Shown here: piece by piece, positions 1-12,170 of the stretch
Layout: the number at the start of each line of letters is the position of its first letter
Position numbering within the stretch: position 1 is the stretch's first letter
Assembly: GCF_009914755.1 (NCBI RefSeq)
Contig: NC_060935.1
Origin: the human T2T-CHM13v2.0 reference genome, Homo sapiens
Strand: one strand, 5' to 3'
DNA length: 64,000 bases
Notes under the pieces: model-generated
The model's input: only the letters and a program-made list of their open reading frames with translations
Databases searched by the model: none
Told to the model about the DNA's origin: nothing
Position numbers and translations under genes: made by a program

Positions 1-67
1 AAGATTGCGCCACTGCACTCCAGCCTGGGTGACAGAGCGGAACTCTGTCTCCAAAAAAAAAAAAAAA
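1..67 (+). mobile_element. Alu 3' end with poly(A), cut by window edge
   Basis: GATTGCGCCACTGCACTCCAGCCTGGGTGACAGAGC...TCTCC followed by an A-run. Confidence 0.95.
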
Positions 68-779
68 GACAAAGGAGAAAAAGGAGAAACAAACACAGTT
101 AAATACCAGATACTGGCTGATATTGGTAAAATATGTTAGGAATTCTAACACTCAGAGTGAGATAAGCCTTGACAAAATATAAACATTTCAAAAAGGCATT
201 TATAAAACTTATTATGTGCAAAGTGAGTTTCGATGAAGGCATGACCCCGATATTTGAGGCAGATGATCAGTGTGCACACATGATAATGAGAAATAAAATA
301 CTGTTTCTATTTTACCTAAAGTTATAGTTCAGGCCACCAATTTTTTTTAAAAAAAAATTAATAGTTACTTGTCTAGCACTGTTCGCATTGCCAAAGATAC
401 AAAGATCATCAAACGTAATTCTTAGTGTTGGAGAGTAGTCAGGAGTCTGAACAAATTCTAATACTTTATTTAAAATCTTCTTTATGTTGTCCCCAGTTTA
501 AAAAGATGAGACTAACAGAGTGGCATTCTTTGTGTAGGCTTGGCTCTCTGTTAGTAGAGTGCCGTCAACAAATGTGTAAATTTGATGTGTGTGTGTTTTT
601 TTTTTCTGTTTTTATAATAACAAAACTGAAGAACAGATTAAGGATAACAGGCTTCAAATTAGTAAATCACAAGTAAAACATATGTGTAAATAACCCATGG
701 ACTTTTTTACACCACAAATAATGATAAAATAACAAGAAATAGTTAAAAAGAAATAGGATTTTAAGACCTTAAGAAAATT

Positions 780-1320
780 ATAGGAAAATTCATGGATGGA
801 TAATATAAATCCAATCTCCTAATCCAAAGAATAAATTTGTATCATATGGAGAAATTTCAAGAGATAATCTCAGTGAATTAATGTTTCAAAATTATAGAAT
901 ATAAGAAACATATTAGAATTTTAGAACTAAGGAACTGTTTTCCTGGCTTTTAAAAGAGTAAAATAAAGTTATTATGTATATGAGAGAAAATAGACCTTGA
1001 AAAACAGTGGTTTTCTTCCTTAGAAAGAGAATCAGTGATGACCAACACGTATCATAGGTAATATATATGTTTGTTTTTTAAATATGTTTGTTTTTTAAAT
1101 TATCGATAGGATTCTTGTACGCAGGGATTGGGAAATGCTGCCTAGGTAATATATTTGAATTTCAACAAGACATTAATCTCTGAAAATGTTTGTTAGGTGA
1201 ATTAATAATTGACAAAAACTATGTATCTTAAAGTACTGGATAATGTTAAGTTTTCACCTGAAGGAAAATTACTACTAGTAAACTGTGGACGTTTAATTCT
1301 GTCTTCTGTTCACAAATCTA
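780..1320 (+). mobile_element. L3/CR1 LINE reverse-transcriptase relic
   Basis: GTAATATATTTGAATTTCAACAAGACA (~1146) reads VIYLNFNKT, resembling CR1 RT VIYLDFSKAF; highly diverged. Confidence 0.5.
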
Positions 1321-1724
1321 GGTCATTCTTCAATAGGGGATAGCTCGTGAGGAATGTGCACGGCTGAGAGAAATCTCAGCTTAAGGACGAACTGGAAATT
1401 TACCCAAAAGATTGTTCATGTGACTGCCAGGCAGAAAGAGAAAGTTAAGAAGGGTAACCAAGAAAAAGAGCTGGGATCAGAGGTGCAGAATGAACAGATT
1501 AGGTATTCAATCTAGAGAGGCTAAATATAAACAGAGAAAGAGTACAGGTTTTACCAGCCAAAGACACTGAAAGAATAGAGTAAGATACATCTTAGTGTGA
1601 TATTATTTGGTATTTACGTTAGTGCTGACTGCTTCTCCAGGTGGCTTTTAACACACAGACGAACATGTTGAACCAGCAACACTTCTAACAGGGGTCAAAG
1701 CTGAAGATACCATCTTCCTCTACT

Positions 1725-1933
1725 GCAGACGCTCCCTAGAACGTTGGCAGTCATTCAGGGACTCCACAAGGTCACAGTCATAATATCATTGAGACATCGT
1801 CTTTTTTTTTACTGTGCTGTCACGTTCACTGACAGTGCAAAAACTATGGTGAGCAAAACTGCTGGGGACTTAACCACAAACCAAGGTAGTGGCAACAAAT
1901 TGTATTTGTGGTCACTGCATTCTTCACTGTCAT

Positions 1934-1967
<34 letters not shown>

Positions 1968-2575
1968 TGCATATTTTACTTATGAATGTCCTTGATAAAG
2001 CAATAAAATTGATTAATGATATTAAATCTTGACCCTTGAGCACACGCCATTTTAATATTCTGTAACAGAATGGGAAATTTGCATAAAGCGCTTCTGCTGC
2101 ACACCAAAGTGTATTTGTCTCTACGTAAAGCCCTTGTGTGATTGTTTCAGTTGCTACCTGAACTAGTCCTTTTATTCATGAAACTCTATTTCACTTAAAG
2201 TTTCAACAGACTCACAAACTATGGATATTCAAGCTTGGATGTTTTGCCAATATTTTCTTTAAGAAAATATAAAGCAAATCTGTCACTTCAAAAAACTAAG
2301 TATAATAATGGAATAAAATTTAAGCTTTCAAGTAAAAGTAAAACTTCGGAAAAATTTTGTTGCCACCATGAATTTGAAAGCTTCCCAGGACTTGATGTTT
2401 CTGTTGGTATTTGTAGTAATATTAAGAAATGTGTTTTTTTGTATTATATAAAAGAATATATGAAACATAGGAAGATCTTAATTCAGTTACCAGTATTTCC
2501 AAATGACTTACGCATGCTATTACAAAATCAGCATGGGTAAAAGATTCATCCAAAGTGTAAAATAGAAAGTAGTTT
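1725..2575 (+). mobile_element. Charlie1a-like hAT DNA transposon relic
   Basis: Matches recalled Charlie1 sequence (AAAACTGCTGG...GAATGTCCTTGAT...AAATCTTGACCCTTGAG...CTTCTGCTGCACACC); ORF 2235-2540 retains LSLQ, CHHEFESFP and FPND..MLLQN transposase remnants. Confidence 0.85.
1937..1965 (+). repeat. (AC)n microsatellite inside Charlie1a
   Basis: About 14 AC units. Confidence 0.97.
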
Positions 2576-4199
2576 GTATAATAAACATAGGGTAGATACA
2601 AATTTCCCTTTCCTTTTGTCACATAAAAATAAATGCACACCCACTCATATACACATTATTATGCAATATGCAAATTACAATAACCTACAATATCACATTA
2701 TCCTACAGTTATTCTGCAGTTTTTAATGCCCCCATGATACTCATTGTCCCTGTTGCTTGAAGAATCTTTTCAAATAAACTACTTTTTAAAGGATTGTTTA
2801 CCAAATTTTGCTGATGTAATCACTCTCCTAGTATTCTCATAGCTTGCTTCTTACTGTGAGGTCTTTTATGTCCTGCCTTCTTCTACTCTTTAAATAATCA
2901 CAGTTCAAAATAAATTGGAGATGAGTGATTTACTCTTCTTGGCAGTTTCCTACATACTTACCATCCAGAAGGCATCCTGCCCTAGCTACTTCTTATCTTT
3001 CAACAGGGTATTATCTTCACATTTACATCTGAACTACTTAATATCTATGCACATAAAATTTACAAATTACTAATAAACCACCTGTTTTCATTTATGATGT
3101 TCCAATGTAAACAGCCTCAAAATACCCTAAACTCTGCTTAGAAGTTCCATGAAGAGGTTATCTAAAATTCAACTGTTGGCCAATGTGTCCTGATGTTTTT
3201 ACTATCATTGTTTATACCAAATCATTTATGAAATTATTAGTGGCTCAATGCCTCATCCCACTATGATTTTGGAGATCTGATATCAGATCCAAATTAACTT
3301 TTATAAAAATAAAATTTAAAATTTGAGGGACATTGGGTTCATTTTCACATCTCTAGTCAGGTAAATGTCTAATCTATACATTGAAAAGCAATACTGAAAG
3401 TTCTCTAGGCATCACATGCCTAAATGTGCATTTCTGGTTTATCTGAAAAATGAATCATTCTAGCAATCAATCATATTCAACTTATAACTAAAAACACTGT
3501 CAGAGAAATTCACTCTCATTTTGTGTTATTCAGATACAGCTCAACTGGTCAGCATTCTCACTTAATGAATATGCCTTAATATATTTGTAGATAGTTAATT
3601 TGTCACTCTGAACCTTCCCTTATTTTTTTCTTTTAATAAACAACTCTTACTCCATTAACCTTTTCTCACATGGGCTTAATTCTATCCATTAAATTATTTT
3701 TGTTGCTTGTTGCTGGCCCCTTTTAGGTTTTTGTCTGTCTTGTTTTCTAATGCCATTTCAAAATGTAAGGCAGAATATGGACTATGCAATATTTGAGCCA
3801 TGCCATTCACAGAGGTTGGATGCCAGCCAACACTTTAGGAGCAATTCAGTAACATTTTTTTTTTGCAATAGGATAATTGGCTCCCATTTGTATCACACTC
3901 AAAAAATTCTCTTTCTTGAAGGACTTCAAGAATAAGGTAAATCAAACCTCTATGCAGTACCTGAAATAAGATTAAGGAAGAAAATAAGAATTGGGTTATG
4001 AGAAAAATGATCATCCTAATATTTATTTATTTTAATTTATTGTCTTTGGTAGCATGTTTCAAAAATTACTAAAGATAAATATATTTAATCCTGAGAGTGG
4101 TTGATTGGATATTATTCTTATGAAACGACAATCATAAACCCTAACACCACATCTCACCCCTTTCTGTACACCAGTAAATTTGATTCTGATTGATTGCTA

Positions 4200-4925
4200 T
4201 CAAAGACCCATTTGCTAGATGTCTACTATGTGTAAAGCATTTAGCTGGAAGCATGACCAAAAAAAGCCCAAAATTTATTGGGAGAGATAAGAGACAACAG
4301 CTTAATATAAGTCAGACACATAGAAGAATAAGCAATACCATGGAAGAACTGGCATAGGAATAATTCATTCTATCTAGGAAATTAGAAAATTATTACAAAG
4401 TAGATGACAGGTGAGCTGAGCCTTGAAGTATAAGATAAATTGAGGCATAAAAAAGAATAAGAACAAAGAGATGGGAGAGTGAAAGCCTATGGTATATTGG
4501 GGAAAAGGAGAATTGCTCAGGGGTAGAACATAGGAACAGAAAAATAAGTCTGATGCCATAATGTACATCTAATGTTTGACATAATCTGTAAATATATCGA
4601 TGTACCTGATACAAAAGAAAGAGAGAAAAAAGTGGTGTTAGATCCTGAGAGTTTTCAAGCCAGATTAAAAATCCTTGGATGGAATAATACAAATTGAGGG
4701 TAAATTTAAAAATTGTGAGAATAAAAACAGCATAATTAGATTTGTGTTATGTAAAACTGCAGTGAAGCAGGGGAGAAGAAAGACAGTAGAATCAGGGTAA
4801 AGAATTACTAATTCATTAGAGGAGCCCAGATGAGATGTGACAACCATACTAAGTAGGACAGTAGCAAAGGGCATGGGTATTACATAACAGATGTGATAGA
4901 TATCTTGTAGTAGAACAAATATGAA
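4200..4925 (-). mobile_element. L2 LINE fragment
   Basis: CATTTGCTAGATGTCTACTATGTGTAAAGCA start, then purine-rich sequence typical of antisense L2. Confidence 0.6.
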
Positions 4926-4930
4926 TTGAT

Positions 4931-5413
4931 GATCACAACAGATACTCTAAGTGATCCATCCATCTCTCCTTGGCACTTACCATTTCCCTGCACTCTGGCC
5001 CAATTTCCAACTGCCAGCACCTCTGATTCTTTGTCACAGGGTACTCTGTGACCACCAGAGCCCGTTGTGCCTTCTCAGGGGATAGGCCAGAAGCACTGGT
5101 GAAGGAATGGCCCTTGGGATCATCCATCCCTCAAACAATAGATAATGAGAATATCTGGATCCTCACTCCATTTCCCTTGTCACCTGGGTGGGATAATTCT
5201 CAAGTATGTATAATTCACCTATTTTCCTGAATTCTTCCATTGGATTAAGCTTCAGGTGCCCACAGCTGTAAACACTTTTTATTGGCTTTCTCCCATTCAT
5301 TATATCACTTATCTTCTCTCCAATGATGTTTCCAGGAATCACTTCCTAACTACATTTTTGCACTTTAATTATTTTTTTAAAGATCTGCTTCTAGGAAGCC
5401 AGAAATTACGATA
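4931..5413 (+). mobile_element. LTR16C/LTR16A-like ERVL LTR (5' LTR of a provirus relic)
   Basis: CTTACCATTTCC...TTCCAACTGCCAGCACCT...GGGTGGGATAATTCT...TGCCCACAG...TCTGCTTCTAGGAAG match recalled LTR16; directly followed by ERVL internal sequence. Confidence 0.75.
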
Positions 5414-5575
5414 GTTACACACTAGAAGTAGTCCGACAGATCCTGAGAGTGAGATTCTAGCAATGAACCAGTTTCTAAGAATGTATCACCACTGATTCTA
5501 CTGAAGTGGTTAGAGAATTACTAATGCTCTCACCTGAGGAGAATTGGGGCAAAATCAATGTGAAATGGCAGGAGA

Positions 5576-6079
5576 GTTATTAGTTTTCTCTTTCTGCCTT
5601 AACACATTACCACAAATTTAGTGGCTTGAAACAACACAAATTTATTATGTTAGCATTCAATAGGTTAGAAATTCAGCACAGGTCTCATTAGACTCATATC
5701 AGGTGTTGAGAAGTCTGTGTTCCCTCTGAAAGCTCTTGGGGATCATTTATTTTCTTGGCATTTCCATCTTTTAAAGGCCACCTTTATTTCTTGGCTTGTG
5801 GCTTTCTTCTGTTTTCAAAACGAGTAATGTTGTCTGTCTCAGACCATTCTCCCATAGTCACATTTCTGTCTAACCACAGCTGGGAAGGATTATCTGCTTT
5901 TATAAGGACCTATATGATTAGATTGGGTTCAACCCAATAATCCAGAATAATCTTACCATTTATACACACACACACACACACACACACACATTCCCTTTTG
6001 CCATGTGAACTAACAAATTCGTAGGTTCTAGGGGTTAATATGTGGACATCTTTTGAGGAATATTATTCTGCCCACCCCA
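5576..6079 (-). mobile_element. MLT1D-like MaLR solo LTR containing (AC)n at 5964-5990
   Basis: TTACCACAAATTTAGTGGCTTGAAACAACACAAATTTATT...GGACATCTTTTG...TTATTCTGCCCACC. Confidence 0.85.
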
Positions 6080-6550
6080 ATTGGCTTATAAAAACTATCA
6101 AGCATTTAAGAGAGATGAGGACCATGGTACTTAAAGCCTGTGTGGTTTGTGGATTAAATGGCAATAAAGCATTAATAGGAAAAAGGGTAGGCTTGGGTCA
6201 GATAATGAGCAACTTAGTATAAGATGTGAAAACAACAGATATCTATGGAATTAAAAAAATACAACAGAATCATTGTCTCCTGCAGGTAGATGGGAGATTG
6301 AGCTAAAAATTAGACTGGAATCTGATATGATAGACCTAGAGTTGAATTCATAGCCCCAACAAGTCTTACATTAAAGGTAAATATGTGATAAAGAGTGAGA
6401 CACTAAAATATGAGATAGGAACATAAGAGTGGTATTCTTATGTTCTTAATATTCTTATATTCTTAAATGAGATAGGAACATAAGATATTCTTTAAAACCT
6501 TGGACATCCACATCCCACTAAAATGTCTAGGTCTGCAGGAAGGAGTGGCC

Positions 6551-6750
6551 ATGTGGCTGCTGGCAGGCCTCGGATGCTTGCTGGCTGTTGGCCGGGGACA
6601 TCAGTTCCTTGCCACATGGGCCTCTCAGTAGGACAACTCTCAACGTGGCAGCTTACTTGCCCCACATAAACTTTAAAACAACAAATGGTGTTTTAAGCAG
6701 CTAAGTTTTGAGAATAATCTGTTATACAACACAAGATAGCAAATATAACA
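6551..6750. mobile_element. Rearranged MLT1F-like LTR: 6551-6662 on minus, 6661-6750 (LTR 3' end) on plus
   Basis: GCTGGCTGTTGGCC..CATCAGTTCCTTGCCACATGGGCCTCTC (antisense MLT1) abuts GTTTTAAGCAGCTAAGTTTTG...ATATAACA (sense 3' end). Confidence 0.7.
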
Positions 6751-7347
6751 CTTGAAAGAAAGCAAATACTGTAGAGGAAGCACCAAAGAACCAAGTGGAT
6801 ATCATGAATTTTCCAGTGAGAGTTAGGCAGCATTTGTCCTTGACTACTCCAACACCTTCAAAATAGTTCAATGAATGGGCTAGTTATGGTGGCAGGGATC
6901 AAGACCGGGCACTGGCACAACAGCATGGGCTTCGTCTTACCAAGATTGAGATAGCTGTTGTTAATGATGAATACGTGTTTTGTCAGCATTGGAGACCGAC
7001 ACTGGGCCCTCAATATGGCATAGTTCCTCGAGGACAGTAACCAGCTATCAGTGGCAAGCTGATTATGTCAGATGTCTTCACTAAAAAGTAGGAGGTGCTT
7101 TGTTTTTACTGAGGTTGGTGTGCCTTCTTGTTATGCATTTGTCTTCTCTGTATTACCCAGCTTCACTACCCCAGGTTCACACACTGATCATGGGATTTTT
7201 ATAATATGGCCTTGGGCTAATGGGCCTATTTGGGAAAGTATAATAATATAGGGCCATGATACCACTGATTCTGTGTTAAACTGCGTTGTCTAGAAACTGT
7301 TTTCTGTTAGTACGTTAGAACAGTCTTATAAAAGGTACATCTGAATT

Positions 7348-7632
7348 GGCTGGGCACAGTGGCTCACACCTGTAATCCCAGCACTTTGGGAAGCTGAGGC
7401 GGGTAGATCACAAGATCAGGAGTTCGAGACCAGCCTGGCTAACATGGTGAAACTCTGTCTCTTCTGAAAAAAAAAATACAAAAAATAGCCAGACATGGTG
7501 GCGTGCACCTGTAATCCCAGCTACTTGGGAGGCTTGAGGCAGGAGAATTGCTTGAACCTGGGAGGCGGAGATTGCAGTGAGCCGAGATCACGCTACTGCA
7601 CTCCAGCCTGGGCAACAGAGCAAGACTCATCT

Positions 7633-7673
<41 letters not shown>
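7348..7673 (+). mobile_element. AluS (AluSg-like), full length
   Basis: Dimeric Alu; 40-nt pure A tail; TSD AAAGGTACATCTGAATT (7331-7347) / AAAGATACATCTGAATT (7671-7687). Confidence 0.97.
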
Positions 7674-7675
<2 letters not shown>

Positions 7676-8519
7676 TACATCTGAATTAAGCTTTGGGGGA
7701 TGAATCCTTGTAGAACTAGAGTGATTTTCTGTGAGATAAAGCATATGTTTTAGGCCAACAGCTATTAGATGGTGCTGAATCCTCAATGGGTAGAATGGAT
7801 GTCTCTCAGAGAAGAAGGTAGGAGTATACCAGTTTCACCAACTTTCATGGCCACTGACCCACTTGGGTAATACTTTCTTTCTTCTGACGATCTGGCTCTG
7901 CATGAATAGACTCCTAGTTTTAGGGAAAGGGTGACTCTACCAGCAGACACAAAGTGGCTCCATGAAGCCTACAGGTCTATCTACCATAGACCATTTTGTG
8001 CACTCTTATGCTACTCTTAGGCAGGCAAAGAGAAACATTTATATTCTAGCAGAAGTAATTGACTCATTATATGGAGGCCATAGGATTGCTCCTGTATTAT
8101 TGGGGTAGGGAGGAATGTGTCTGAAACTCAGGGATTTACCGAGATTCCTCTTCATTCTGTCATGCATGATGATAAATATAGATAAACAATTGTGGCAAGC
8201 ATGATTGGAAAGGTCATGATGAGCAGGGTGAGGATCTGTGTTATCCCGCCAAAGGTGAAAACCTGGCCCTCAGATCTGCAGAATTGTTAGGGTAATCTAG
8301 AATAGGCACTAGAAAAGGGAGACTGTGAATATCAATTACGGTCTTGGGACCAATTGCTATAGCAGATACTATAATATTCAATACAAGAAAACAGAACATT
8401 AGGTAAATGTAAGTAATATCTAAGCAGTATTCCCAATGACATTGCATATAGACATCTTGGAGATTAAAATTTTGGCAGAGACAAAACTATGTGTTTTTTT
8501 TTCAATCAAATATTGTTTT

Positions 8520-8820
8520 CTTTTTCCTTTTTCTGAGCTCATTCTCTAAATTTCCTGGCAGTTAGGTTGAGTGTCTGAGTTATAGACAATGGATGTGAGT
8601 GAAAGTGATGTACATCTGGCCTTTGATAACAGCTGATGCTTTCATTCATCCTCTTCTCTGCTCCATTTTGACCTTGAGGGCTACAGCTTCTCATTTCATA
8701 GCCCAAAAAGTAGAGGAAGTTTCCCTGACTGGTATCAAATTATTGAGTCAACAATAAATTATGCATTCTAGGGTTAATTTATTACCACAGAATAACATAA
8801 TCTAACCTGACTACTACTCA
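8520..8820 (+). mobile_element. Old MLT1 (I/J/K-like) LTR fragment
   Basis: CAATGGATGTGAGTGAAAGTGATGT and 3' end TTATTACCACAGAATAAC..CTAACCTGACTACTAC. Confidence 0.55.
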
Positions 8821-9589
8821 TTTTTAAAAAAGGGAAACATGTCTCACCTCAATAGATATGCTTAACAGAATGGTCACAGAAAAAATATAAAATGAGGCAA
8901 TAGGAAACTGGCCTAAGCAATTATCCCAAAATGAAATGCAAATGACAAAGATATACGATGTAAAAAAAAAGAGCTAATATGTACAGATAATTGATTCAGC
9001 ATTTCTAGAAGTGTCTAATGGGGGTTCAGGAGAGAGAATGGAGACAGAAACAGCCAAAGAAAATAAAAAGAAATCTATGAGCTGAAGACTACCTCAGGGA
9101 TTTCAAATCAATGGGAAATGACAAATATACTGTATATATTGCATCCTATAGGAAACAAATAGTGGAGTGAAAGGAAAAATCACCCACATGGCTGGACCTG
9201 AGATAAAGGTTCATTTAGATTTCAGAATTGAATTGCTTATTTTAAGGTCATGTCAAAAAATAATGAGGATACAAAGGAAGTGGGTCTATTAGAAGAGAAT
9301 AATGGAATAAACCCAGAGAGAAACAGAGATGGGAAACCGTGGTCACTGAAAAAGGAATAGAACATCCAGATTCCTATGTGATTTCCAGTACATGTGAGGT
9401 CTAGCTTTACTGTTTTCTGTCCTTCTGTCTTAAGAGATTTATCTTTACTTCAGTTTCTCCATTTAGGATTCTCTATGTCTCGCAAAAAAAAAAAAAAAAA
9501 GTAATGTTTAGAATAAGCATACACAACTTGTCTTAGTTTAATCCATGTCTAACTCTTTGTTCTTATATCCTGTGACCTTCTACAATTCA

Positions 9590-10005
9590 TTCTTCTTTGC
9601 CATTCCTAATATCACTCCATTTTCCTTGAACACAATGTCCTTTCCCATATACTTATTTTTATATGTGCTACAGTATTTCTTTGTCTTGAAATGTCTTTTT
9701 TATTTTTCTCCATGTAGCAAATTTATACATATTCTTTAAAACTTAGATCAATTGTATTCAACCTCTGTGAAACTTTAAACTTTAGTCAATGCCTTGAAGC
9801 AGATTAAATTGCTTCTTTCTTGTATTTCATAATTTCTTGTTCACGCACCTCTAAAACCACTGGATGGCATTACGCCAATCTTGATACACGTCTGTCTTGC
9901 ATATCAGACTTCGAGTTCTTGAGTGCAAGGTCTGTACCTTGTTCATTGATGTATACTCAGTGCCTACTAAAATCTCTGGCATATAATGCATGCTCGATAA
10001 ATGAG
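9590..10005 (+). mobile_element. L2 3' end
   Basis: GAGTTCTTGAGTGCAAGGTCTGTACCTTGTTCA...CAGTGCCTA...TGGCATATAATGCATGCTCGATAAAT. Confidence 0.7.
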
Positions 10006-11149
10006 CAACCAAGATATTTTCCAGATTAAATTAAATAGCAAGTTAACTGTTCACTTTCACTTGCTTGACTTTATTTTATTCAATAATGAACCATTAAATC
10101 TGGAAATGATTGCCATTTAAGTTCATGAGACCACTGAAATTGTAAAATGATTTTACATTTATTTTATGTTAATTCATTTATTTATTTAGCTTGATAAACT
10201 CAGGGAAGAATTTGGGGTCAGGAGAGCTGAGAGGATCATTAATTCAACAACCACCAAGGCATATGACGGCCCTCAAGGCAGTTCAAGAGCTACTAGTTTC
10301 ACCAACTGCTTCTGAAAGAGCCTGCCAAGTAGTCCATGCACTGTGGAGAAAGCAATTGGGCCCCATATGACATCTGTGATTTCAGGTGGTCAATAGTGTT
10401 TCCTTGTGCCAGACTAGGAACAAAGATATTTATTATTTTCTGCAGTGTTTGAACAAAAAACACATAATTTAAATCTTTATTTTTTGTCACTCAAAACAAC
10501 AGGCCCAGTTGCATTTCCTCCATGCAACTAATAATGAGGAGGAAATTGTAGATGGCATATGTGTCTGTTTTTGAGGTGACTAAGGGCACTGCCTAGTTTT
10601 GCATTTCCTGGCAAATTTAACCTGTAGTAGAGATATTGTCACAGTTAACAGTTCATGAAAATGTAAACTAATCACAAACACACACGTGCACACACACAAA
10701 ATATAACCTATCTGGCTTGAATCTTACGTGATCTTACTACAACATTTTTTACATGGGAGCAGCACTTATTGCAGGTCTTTATTTGTCCTAAAAATAAAAG
10801 GCTGATTGAAATAATATGGAATTCTGATTCCTTTTACTAAACGTAATATGTAATATTTTGTTCACAGTATTTTATATTTTTTAATAGTATTTCTAGAGTA
10901 TTGCTGCAAATTTATACATATAGGCCCAAATTGCATTCCCAATCAATTCAACTTGCTATTTTGAATTGGGCTTTCCAAATAGACTGTTTAGCCACTTATG
11001 GCTCAGTTTTAAAGAAAAGAGAAGAATGATGATGAGAACTGTAAATTTGGAGTTTGGTTGACCTCTAAAACTAAAATTAATTTGCATGCTTGCCTTTTCA
11101 CTCATCAAATGAGGTACAGTTGCAATTTATTTTCAAAGAAGATGAGTCT

Positions 11150-11745
11150 TTATTATTTTATTTCCATTTTTGCATAACTTGCATACAGTAAAATTCACTC
11201 ATCTGGGGGCACAATTCTTGATTTTGGCAAAAGCATGCATTTGTGTAGCCACCAACACAATCAAAATAATGAATAGTTTAATTTCATCACCCTAAAAATT
11301 CATTCATGCTCCCTTGCGACCAAATTGTAACCCCACCCCAGTATATGGAAGGCACTGATTCATTTTTCCATTCCTATACTTTTGTCTTTTCCAGTATGTA
11401 ATATAAATGAAATTATTTTAGTATGAAACCTTTCCATTCTGCCTTCTTGTACTTAGTATAATGAATGTGAGATTCATCCATGCTGCAGAGTACAACAGAA
11501 GTTTAGTTCTTTTAGTTGCTGACTAGTATGCCATTGTACGGATGCATCAGTTTGTTTATCCATTCACTATTTAGGATATTTAGAGGTTTTGGCTAGTTAT
11601 GACTAACACCACTATAAAGATTTGCATATAAGATAGTGTGTGAATAAAAGTGTTTCTTTCTCTTGGGTAAATACTTAGAGAAGTTGGATTGCTCAATTGT
11701 AGTTCAGGTATATGTTTAACTTTGTAAGAAACTGCCTTACTAGGC
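11150..11745 (-). mobile_element. Old L1M (ME/MD-type) 3' end
   Basis: CATACAGTAAAATTCAC...GAGATTCATCCATG...TTTGTTTATCCATTCAC...TTTGTAAGAAACTGCC. Confidence 0.8.
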
Positions 11746-11749
11746 ATGT

Positions 11750-12170
11750 ACCACCAGAGCCTTTTTGCCTGGTCCCAGTCGTTTTGGCGAGCACCCAGTG
11801 GAGGTTCATGAAGAAGAGCTTGTGAATGTGAGTAAAGTACCCCTGTGTCTGTGGCTCCCAGAGAGCCACATGATGATGTGACATCATGCTCTTAATGAGC
11901 CTCTTCCTGCCCTTTAGGAATCTGGGGAACATGGAGCTGAATCCTTACTGGTTTGTTGCCCAACTGGCATGTCTTTCTCTAGTGTTCTGCCAAGTAATCC
12001 TGGGTTCATGTCCTGTCTCATCCAGGGAACTCCTATCTCATCAGATTTTAGTCTATTTGATTGTCATGTAACATCAGTTTTCTGATGGGTTCATGAAAAC
12101 TTGTGAAATTTTTTGTTTACCTGTGGTCAGAATAAAAGGAATGCCTCTTCCAGTTTCCTCCATCCTCCAT
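11750..12170 (-). mobile_element. Old L1M 5'-end (5'UTR) fragment
   Basis: Antisense reads GGAAACTGGAAGAGGCATT...TGAACCCATCAGAAAACTGA, like L1M4/ME 5' ends. Confidence 0.55.

Larger units (their letters stand above)
5414..8385 (+). mobile_element. ERVL internal relic (ERV3-16A3-like): gag remnant, integrase, dUTPase; interrupted by MLT1 pieces and an Alu
   Basis: From 6885 reads YGGRDQDRALAQQHGLRLTK...CQHWRPTLGPQYGIVPRG*..WQADY (ERVL integrase); ~8040-8130 reads ILAEVID...IGLLLYYWGREECV*NSG (ERVL dUTPase). Stops and frameshifts present. Confidence 0.85.
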
